From: an uncultured Chlamydiae bacterium | GTDB taxonomy: Bacteria > Chlamydiota > Chlamydiia > Chlamydiales > JAJFMA01 | DNA: 64,000 nucleotides | NCBI GenBank assembly: GCA_963713615.1 | Contig: CAVQMM010000001.1 | Coordinates: forward strand, 3,264,001-3,328,000 | Reading direction: 5' to 3' | Shown: positions 57,701 to 64,000 of the stretch, one piece after another | Position numbering within the stretch: the stretch's first letter is position 1 | Layout: each line of letters opens with the position of its first letter | Made by a program: the position numbers and the translations under genes | Notes under the pieces: generated by a model | Databases searched by the model: none | Told to the model about the DNA's origin: nothing | Seen by the model: only the letters and a program-made list of their open reading frames with translations

Positions 57701-58479
57701 ACCTTCCAGAAAAGACTGAAGAAGTATTTCACTGTGAGCTATCCGAGGAACAACGACACCTTTATCGCGAAGTTCTGGAACAAACACGCAGCCAGGTCAT
57801 GGATGACCTTAAGGATCCCAATAAGGTCGTGCCTTATGTGCATATCTTCGCTATCCTGACGCAACTCAAACGCGTGTGTAACCATCCTGCTGTATATCTG
57901 AAGCAGCCTGAAAAATTTCGTAAACATGAATCAGGCAAATGGGATCTGTTTGTAGAACTGCTTAGTGAGGCCCGTGCTAGTGGTCAAAAGGTGGTTGTCT
58001 TCACTCAGTATCTCGCTATGCTAGATATCTTTGAGGACTATCTCAAGAGCGAGGGAATCGCTTTTGCTTCCATTCGCGGTGCCACCATCAACAGAGGTGA
58101 GCAGCTGCGTCTCTTTAACCAAGATCCCAGCTGCGAGGTCTTTTTGGGCTCGCTGCAGGCTGTGGGCCTTGGTGTTGACCTCACAGCTGCCTCAGTAGTC
58201 ATTCACTATGACCGGTGGTGGAATGCTGCTCGCGAAAACCAAGCGACGGACCGCGTTCACCGTATCGGACAAACGCGTGGTGTGCAGGTATTCAAGTTAG
58301 TCACTAAAGGGACTTTTGAGGAGCGCATTGATGCTCTTATTAGTGCCAAGGGCAGGCTCATGGAAGAGGTTGTTGGTGTGGATGATCAGGATGTCATTAA
58401 GCGCCTTGACCGCACTGAGCTTATTCAGCTCTTACAATACGTCGATGATGCATCTACGAGTCATCCCACAGACAAGTAA
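54721..58479 (+). CDS. SWIM zinc finger plus SNF2/SWI2 family helicase
   Basis: CFCGC...CSH, LRPYQ, LCDDMGLGKT, LDEVQ, LTGTPIEN and WWNAARENQATDRVHRIGQ motifs. Confidence 0.95.
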   Translation: MTRLPRLLKSYLQAGKRLIKAGAVRDVEFSGSTYQVLVQSAKDEEGVWAFLQLDEAGTIRDCFCGCDQSDEEGGCSHLAAAYLKIFNDHETPLHIRFEHSLWHKLCSHYAEKVGYDADLLKTDAGSEYQFHSVSGKRLFSVKGLGEEGKQQLYHLMEVRVQETEETSLKFSNLPQNEIQLWREGRPSLRLLYHLSFWNDLAKWMMVMQDQDPAYQITFGYSSKGIPNALYVTFSVLKAEFYVPEALLPSIISSLADARSTIPVRDFAKEAISKITYDEEQGCLKIHRSGTRGDKPDLPALDGVVWRFGEWRYTSAVGFFHTEEGSLLANQTVRGAEISEVLRDHYLFIKGELEGVAIHEEPVDVSYHLSFDAQWNLHVNCYLFEPRDLQRPLSRAFREWAYLEGLGFYRLRNMRSEQIEEVIPSKEVSDFVTQNRVWLSSQDGFSPHLANVEAELTYQIDSDKNLSFSSYTSPDESSEGQKDFGRWVYIAGQGFFSKVGSNIGLPVRPGVAVHAEAISVFIHMNREELQLVPGFFSRICPVIRSELSIELDDNNDIRVTPKYELLPQYRQRALNFFGDFVYTPNEGFYSLPEESRLPEAYRQPVQVAPENMALFLNYDLEALKPYIFYLDPCLTRPSVMTLTVDDIEEGKQGKGWYDLQLSYVTERGSIPVSQLWQAIAEKERFVFSAAGLIDLQDARFAWVHSLRKARFDLARNGVTLSTMELIRLNVFDEIHPPTAEDAKSETAAEILRGLTTFEDPSPPNLEGLRSNLRPYQLKGIQWLWFLYHHGLSGLLCDDMGLGKTHQSMALMVSILNDFKERGVSRLPKILIVCPTSVIYHWQEKLQEYLEGFRIVTFYGLERSLDDFDESCHVLLTSYGVCRREVKRLKEMKFDLAVLDEVQAAKSQASRLHHALLQIQASMRVGLTGTPIENHLMELKALFDVVLPTYMPSEHDYREFFIKPIEKEQNLQRRQLLSRLIKPFVLRRKKGDVLTDLPEKTEEVFHCELSEEQRHLYREVLEQTRSQVMDDLKDPNKVVPYVHIFAILTQLKRVCNHPAVYLKQPEKFRKHESGKWDLFVELLSEARASGQKVVVFTQYLAMLDIFEDYLKSEGIAFASIRGATINRGEQLRLFNQDPSCEVFLGSLQAVGLGVDLTAASVVIHYDRWWNAARENQATDRVHRIGQTRGVQVFKLVTKGTFEERIDALISAKGRLMEEVVGVDDQDVIKRLDRTELIQLLQYVDDASTSHPTDK

Positions 58480-58483
58480 TTCC

Positions 58484-59906
58484 TAACGCAAAGGCGCAAA
58501 GAGGAGCTTACGTAGATGGACTAAAGGACCTGTAAAGTGAACCTCCTAAGTCCTTTAGTCCCTAACCATTGGTCCAGAGCGCACTAATCGGAGCCGCGCA
58601 GAAGCCCTCTCCAAGTGGTATTATGCGGTCGCCACCAAAAAGAATCACTCCTCTGTGAAACGCCTTTCCAGCTGTCTGCCGTAAAGATTTCAGACCTTTA
58701 AGGTCATCCGGCCGGATGACAGAGCTCAATTTGATTTCTATCCCAACGACCTTACCTTCCGACTCGAGCACCAAATCAACCTCATCCTTCTCATGACGAT
58801 AATGATAAAGTGTAGGATTGGATTCACTCCATGTGGCCTGCTTCGCACATTCCATTACTACGAAATTTTCCAGTACATGTCCTACAATGCTCGGGTTGGA
58901 GCTCAATTGAGATGGGGTGAGATTAAGTGTATGAAGGAGAAGAGCGGTGTCCGAAAAGTGGATTTTTGGAGACTTTGCAAGGCGCTTATCATGATTTGGA
59001 CTCCACGCTGGTAAACGGTAAAGTAAGAATAGACTTTCTAGAAGCTGAATATATCGTCTGACAGAGGTGCTTCCCGTCTTTGCAAGACGCGATAATTCTT
59101 CAATATTCAGCGTAGACCCTACTCTGGAAGCCAGCCCATAAAGCAACGCCGGTAGATGAGCAAACCCCTCTATCTTAGAGAGTTCGTGGATATCTTTCTG
59201 CAGCGTTAACGATAGATAGCTGTTACACCAAAATTTTCGTTCTTCGTCACTGGACGCTTGTTGCATTGCAGGAAATCCACCTAAAAATAATTTCTTTACC
59301 AAAGCGGTGTGATCCAAAGACGGGAATTTTTCTCCAAGGCCCCCTTCTTGGAATAGCAAATCAAGGAATTGGTTAGGCTCTCCATAGATTTCGCTCTGAG
59401 AGAGCGGCCACATATGGCAGATCGCCATGCGGCCCGTGAGGGCATCACCTAGTTTGGGCACGACTAGTGGATTCGCCGAACCCGTTAGAATATAACGACC
59501 TGGTAATCTGTGGTTATCTACATCGACCTTAATGGGCAGCAGTAGTTCTGGGGCTCGTTGAATTTCATCCAAAACAACTGGCTTTTTCAGTGAATCGAGG
59601 AAACCTATCGGATCGAGCTGAACACCCACTAGGTTATTGAGATCATCAAACGAGGAATAGCGCATCCCTTGTTCGTTCGCGATCTTCTTTGTAAGAGTCG
59701 TCTTGCCTGATTGGCGTGGGCCAACTAGCAGCGTTACAGGAAAAAAAACCATGCGACGGTTTAGCACATCCAATAGAAAACGGGGAAAAGTCATGAAAGT
59801 CTCCATTTGATGGCGATATTTCCACCATTAGATGGAGAGTAGGTAAATCCTCTATTTTTGACAAGGGTATCAACGAATGTGAGCTCTCCTTTGCGCCTTT
59901 GCGTTA
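58484..59906. repeat. Inverted-repeat pair TAACGCAAAGGCGCAAAG bracketing the ATPase gene
   Basis: Perfect 18-bp IR at 58484-58501/59889-59906, extending imperfectly to about 28 bp; inner hairpin at 58518-58561. Confidence 0.8.
58562..59806 (-). CDS. AAA+ ATPase (AAA_14) with DUF4143 domain
   Basis: GPRQSGKTT, LDEIQRAP, LTGS, GGFP, KSPKIHFSDT, ENFV and EVDLV..IEIK motifs. Confidence 0.92.
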   Translation of the reverse strand: METFMTFPRFLLDVLNRRMVFFPVTLLVGPRQSGKTTLTKKIANEQGMRYSSFDDLNNLVGVQLDPIGFLDSLKKPVVLDEIQRAPELLLPIKVDVDNHRLPGRYILTGSANPLVVPKLGDALTGRMAICHMWPLSQSEIYGEPNQFLDLLFQEGGLGEKFPSLDHTALVKKLFLGGFPAMQQASSDEERKFWCNSYLSLTLQKDIHELSKIEGFAHLPALLYGLASRVGSTLNIEELSRLAKTGSTSVRRYIQLLESLFLLYRLPAWSPNHDKRLAKSPKIHFSDTALLLHTLNLTPSQLSSNPSIVGHVLENFVVMECAKQATWSESNPTLYHYRHEKDEVDLVLESEGKVVGIEIKLSSVIRPDDLKGLKSLRQTAGKAFHRGVILFGGDRIIPLGEGFCAAPISALWTNG

Positions 59907-59929
59907 AAGGGTTAGCAGCTATACAATCG

Positions 59930-61396
59930 CTATTCAGGCTCGGCAGGGAACTTATCCCCTTCCCATACATCATTGTCGACTAGAAAAGAGGCGTCTGCGA
60001 CATCATCGATATCTTCGTCCATTTCCTCAGGAGCGTGGTGATAAAGTGGTGGCGTCTTATCGGGCCTTTCGCGTTTCTCCCGCTTCTTGGCTTTTAGGTG
60101 AAAGAGTGCTGGGGATCCGCTAAAGCCATATTTTTCCCTAAATTGATTATAGAGATAGCGTTTATAGCTGCGTAACATTAGGTCTGGGTAGTTGATAAAC
60201 AACACAAACGTGGGGGGGTAAACGCCTACCTGAGTGCTGTAGTAGACACGTAGACGCTTGCCTCCCATCATTGGCGGAGGCGTTACCTGCATGGCTTTTT
60301 GGACAAAACTATTGAGTTCGTGTGTGGTGATACGTTTGCCACAATTAGCATAGACCTCTAGTATCAAGGGAAAAATCTTTTCAATGTTGCGGCCCAACGT
60401 CACGGATGTGAAAATGACCGGACAGAATTTAAGAAATGGAACCTCTTCATATAGGGCCTTGAGGCAATGTTCCATCCGAAAGCCCTTAACCAGATCCCAT
60501 TTATTTAACAGGACGATGCATCCTTTTTTGGCCTCCTCGATCATCGCGGCGATTTTTTTGTCTTCTCTAGTCATGCCTTGCTGAGCATCTAACATCAACA
60601 GGCATACGTCGGAGCGGTCGATGGCTCTCTGAGTGCGTATTGCTGCGAACTTATCCACGACTTCATGTTCCGCTTTTTTGCGGCGCACACCAGCAGTATC
60701 GATGAGGGTGAGGGGATGGTTTTCGTACGAGACAAAGACATCGATGCTATCGCGTGTCGTTCCCGGAATGGGGCTGACGATACAGCGTTCTTCTTGGAGG
60801 ACATAATTCACTAGTGAAGACTTGCCAACATTAGGCCTACCTACGATGGCTACCTGGATAGATTTGGCTTCTTTTTCGATAGGCTCTTCAGGATATTTAT
60901 AGTCCGAAAAAGCCATTTCTAGCAATTCGGCTATGTGTCTAGCTTGTGTCGCAGATACAGGAACCATCTTGCGAATGCCCAGACAGAGAAAGTCGTGCAT
61001 CAGGTGGTCGTTGTCAGGATTGTCAAGTTTATTAACCGCTAAACACAAGGGCTTTTTGGTGCGATGAAGAATATCTGACAGCTCTTGATCGATGGGGGTC
61101 ACGCCCACCATAGCATCGACGACCATGATGATGACATCGGCTTCCCTAATGGCTAATTCAGCCTGAGCTTTGATTAATTCATTGTACATCGCCTTACTGT
61201 GAGAGTCTATCCCCCCAGTATCGATCACCTGAAAGGGACGCCCAAAGATCTCTGCATCTGCATAAAGGCGATCGCGGGTAATGCCTTCCGCCTCATCAAC
61301 GATGGCAATGCGTTGCTTACAAATGCAGTTGAATAATGCGGATTTGCCGACGTTTGGGCGGCCGACGATAGCAAGTTTGGGCAATGTTGTCATCAT
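59930..61396 (-). CDS. der: Ribosome biogenesis GTPase Der
   Basis: Two GRPNVGKS P-loops with DTGG/DTAG and NKLD/NKWD motifs. Confidence 0.98.
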   Translation of the reverse strand: MMTTLPKLAIVGRPNVGKSALFNCICKQRIAIVDEAEGITRDRLYADAEIFGRPFQVIDTGGIDSHSKAMYNELIKAQAELAIREADVIIMVVDAMVGVTPIDQELSDILHRTKKPLCLAVNKLDNPDNDHLMHDFLCLGIRKMVPVSATQARHIAELLEMAFSDYKYPEEPIEKEAKSIQVAIVGRPNVGKSSLVNYVLQEERCIVSPIPGTTRDSIDVFVSYENHPLTLIDTAGVRRKKAEHEVVDKFAAIRTQRAIDRSDVCLLMLDAQQGMTREDKKIAAMIEEAKKGCIVLLNKWDLVKGFRMEHCLKALYEEVPFLKFCPVIFTSVTLGRNIEKIFPLILEVYANCGKRITTHELNSFVQKAMQVTPPPMMGGKRLRVYYSTQVGVYPPTFVLFINYPDLMLRSYKRYLYNQFREKYGFSGSPALFHLKAKKREKRERPDKTPPLYHHAPEEMDEDIDDVADASFLVDNDVWEGDKFPAEPE

Positions 61397-61593
61397 AGTC
61401 TGCGTAAGATTAATTTGTCTGGTTATGGATGCATGTTAAATTAAATCGGAATAAAAATATATAAATTCAGGCATGCAATGGCGATTCGAGTCCTTGAAAA
61501 ATAAGGGGATAGTGTGGACAATTGGGAGATACCACTTTTCGTCTGCGTTTATCCCTAGGCAGCACGTCTTTATTATAGTAAATGGTGTATTAG

Positions 61594-63498
61594 ATGACTG
61601 GGCATTCCAGGTATGATGACATTTCTTTTCGGCCTCTCCTGCAGGAGGTGCGCTCCCTCTCCTGGCAAGGAATGTGGAAGGATCTTGGAGCTGGCCTGAC
61701 CGTAGCTTTATTGACTGTACCCCAAGTGATGGCCTATGCGCTGATTGCTGGTCTTCCTTTGACTTGCGGTTTATTTGGAGCCTTGTTTGCCACTGCACTT
61801 GCGGCCTTATTCGGTTCATCGCGGCACATGGTTGTGGGTCCAACTAATGCGATTGCTATCCTGGTACAGGCGGGTACAGCAGAGATTTTGTATACCTACT
61901 ACCGTGGTGTAACGGGGGATGAACGCGAGATCCTTGCGGTGCAAATTCTCGCGCAGCTGACTCTTTTAGTCGGCATCTTTCAACTTGTAGCAGCGGTTTT
62001 TCGTCTCGGACGCCTTACTCAGTTTGTTAGTCAAGCTGTGGTGGTGGGCTATATGACCGGTACAGCTATAGCATTGGTTGTTAGTCAGCTATTTATTTTC
62101 TTGGGAATGGAGACACCTGAAGGTGTCTTTTCATTATTTCAAAAGCTGACCTACATTGGTTCTCACTTGGATGCTATTCACTGGTCGACGGCTTCTATCG
62201 GAATCGCCGGGCTTATCTTTCTAATAGGAATGAAGCGTCTCAACGCTAATATTCCCGCTGCTGCATTGATGCTGTTGCTGTCAGGAGTGGCAGTATATTT
62301 CTTTCACTGGTCTTCCGCTCCGGGAGTTCCACCCATAGATCCCTTTGCCGAAGCTTATGTCACGCAGGTTCAATTAGTCGGAAATGCAGGTCAGATTTTT
62401 GGCGTGTTGCCACATGCTATTTTCCCCCAGTTTGACCCAATCATTCTCAATAAACTGGTTCCGATGGCATTTGCTATCGCTTTACTCGGAACGCTGGAGA
62501 CGGGATCAGTGGCTAAGTCTATGGCAAGTAAGTCTGGAGAGAGCATATCCATTAACCAAGAAGTCATGGCTTTGGGTTTAGGCAACCTGGCATCCGCTAT
62601 GATAGCGGGCATGCCGTCTGCTGGGAGTCCCTCCCGAACAGCGCTAAATTACGATAGCGGAGCTCGCACACGCCTGGCAGCGATATTTAGTTCAGGATTT
62701 GTGGGACTTATCGTGTTCGCTTTCGGATATTTCATCAGCTTTATCCCACTCGCCGCTTTAGCAGCTCTGCTTTTTGTGACTTCTTTTGGTTTGGTGCAAA
62801 CGCGCCAAGTGCTCTTATGTCTTAAAGCGACGCGCTCAGATGCCTTTGTCTTTGTCGCAACGCTCCTATCGTGCATTTTCTTCAGTGTAGACATCGCCTT
62901 TTATATTGGGATTGTTCTATCGGTTATTTTTTATCTGAATAAAGCTTCCACTCCCAATTTACGTGAGTATTCCGGGTTCAACAGCCCCTCTCTACAAAAT
63001 GGAGCTTCCCGGCAAGATGGCATAAAGGTTATCGATGTCCATGGAGAGCTATTCTTCGGCGCTGCCGATCTTTTTCAAGCAACGTTGCGCGCTTTAGCTA
63101 AAGGCGATAGTCAAACACGCGCTATTATTCTACGTTTGAAGCATGCTCGGGACCTAGATGCCACAGCTTGCCTAGCCCTGCTGCACCTTCATCGCTTCCT
63201 AAAGAGCAATAACATCTTGTTGCTGTTGTGTAGCATCCCCACTCCTGTGTGGAATATTCTGGAAAACTCCGGAGTCGCCGATGAGGTGGGACGTGAAAGG
63301 TTGCTTCTTTATAACTGGCGCCGTCCAGGCAGCTCAGAGCAGGAAGCCCTGGCCATGGCCCGTCGCCTCCTGCAGGCTGAAACCATCCAAGACGATACAG
63401 AACCAACAGTTGTTGGTGGGCCTTTGTTAGATACAGACTCAACTCAAGTTAATCGCTGGTTGGATGAAGGGGCTACATTGCCTGTTCTCAGGGAGTAG
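61594..63498 (+). CDS. SulP family anion transporter with STAS domain
   Basis: PQVMAYALIAGLP, FGSSRHMVVGPT, NQEVMALGLGN and GELFFGAA motifs. Confidence 0.94.
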   Translation: MTGHSRYDDISFRPLLQEVRSLSWQGMWKDLGAGLTVALLTVPQVMAYALIAGLPLTCGLFGALFATALAALFGSSRHMVVGPTNAIAILVQAGTAEILYTYYRGVTGDEREILAVQILAQLTLLVGIFQLVAAVFRLGRLTQFVSQAVVVGYMTGTAIALVVSQLFIFLGMETPEGVFSLFQKLTYIGSHLDAIHWSTASIGIAGLIFLIGMKRLNANIPAAALMLLLSGVAVYFFHWSSAPGVPPIDPFAEAYVTQVQLVGNAGQIFGVLPHAIFPQFDPIILNKLVPMAFAIALLGTLETGSVAKSMASKSGESISINQEVMALGLGNLASAMIAGMPSAGSPSRTALNYDSGARTRLAAIFSSGFVGLIVFAFGYFISFIPLAALAALLFVTSFGLVQTRQVLLCLKATRSDAFVFVATLLSCIFFSVDIAFYIGIVLSVIFYLNKASTPNLREYSGFNSPSLQNGASRQDGIKVIDVHGELFFGAADLFQATLRALAKGDSQTRAIILRLKHARDLDATACLALLHLHRFLKSNNILLLLCSIPTPVWNILENSGVADEVGRERLLLYNWRRPGSSEQEALAMARRLLQAETIQDDTEPTVVGGPLLDTDSTQVNRWLDEGATLPVLRE

Positions 63499-63891
63499 CT
63501 AACGTACTGGGTCCCACTTCGTGATCATATGATACTTGCTCTCGGTGGTGCGGTAGATCCATGGGTCTTTATTCTCTCGCATAAGCCTATCGCAGCCCAT
63601 GATATAGCCTTGCAGAAATCCATGTTTTTCTACGGCGTGCAACATATATTCTGAACTACTGGGTTTAAAGTGACTGCGCGGACCATCCGCTGGAGAAATC
63701 ACACCTTTGTGAAAGCGAATGACCGCTCGTGTCATTTTCACAAATGGATCATTGCGGCAGATCACGTTGCATGGCGTCTGATGGCGGCAGGTATAGAGCT
63801 CAGAATCCTTTCCCCAAGGTTCTTCGCAAGCTGCCCAATCAGGTAAGCATGCTAGACCAACAAGAGCGAAGAGACGAATAAAAATGATCAT
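63499..63891 (-). CDS. yidD: Membrane protein insertion efficiency factor YidD-like protein
   Basis: ISPADGPRSHFKPSSSEY..AVEKHG..G...DRLMREN..WDPV. Confidence 0.8.
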   Translation of the reverse strand: MIIFIRLFALVGLACLPDWAACEEPWGKDSELYTCRHQTPCNVICRNDPFVKMTRAVIRFHKGVISPADGPRSHFKPSSSEYMLHAVEKHGFLQGYIMGCDRLMRENKDPWIYRTTESKYHMITKWDPVR

Positions 63892-63940
63892 AGATTCTCC
63901 CAAAACGCTATTGTAGGAAAGTGGCTTATGATGCTCAAGC

Positions 63941-63976
63941 AAAAAAAAAGCCCCACACGCTGAGGCGTATGGAGCT
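63941..63976 (-). terminator. Intrinsic terminator of an upstream minus-strand gene
   Basis: Minus strand reads AGCTCCATACGC-CTCA-GCGTGTGGGGCT followed by a T run. Confidence 0.8.
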
Positions 63977-64000
63977 AATTGTCAAATGCACCTGCGTTTT

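Noticed and set aside
1..64000. tRNA or rRNA genes
   Set aside because: No cloverleaf with a T-loop GTTCRA in intergenic context and no rRNA signature was seen by eye; tRNAscan-SE or Infernal would be decisive

Overview
This 64 kb window is bacterial chromosome whose gene order (nrdR-dksA-lspA, VIT1 plus heavy-metal ATPase, SWIM-SNF2 helicase, der/sulP/yidD, kdsD, lpxK/gmhA, smc, serS) points to an environmental Chlamydiota genome; the taxonomy is an inference. Housekeeping genes are interleaved with accessory genes: a PEP-CTERM matrixin, tandem caspase-like proteases, an ankyrin protein, Fic, a RelE-type TA pair, SelU and an AAA-DUF4143 ATPase. The intergenic DNA is very rich in palindromic repeats: a 160-bp MITE with 8-bp target duplications, a 615-751 bp element of nested inverted repeats (3 full copies) and several short hairpin families. 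The most notable locus is 41142-45542, where one nested element carries an IS1634 and an IS110. The IS110 sits in the loop of a REP-like hairpin at a shared TC core. Its joined ends would create a TTGAAA-17-TACCAT promoter, and its left non-coding end folds into two internal loops with segments matching target and donor, which reads as a bridge-RNA-guided recombinase aimed at the host's own repeats. Its right end is also long and structured, with an unexplained 27-bp direct repeat. No rRNA, tRNA or CRISPR array was recognised. All calls were made by eye from the sequence and ORF track; no database searches were run.
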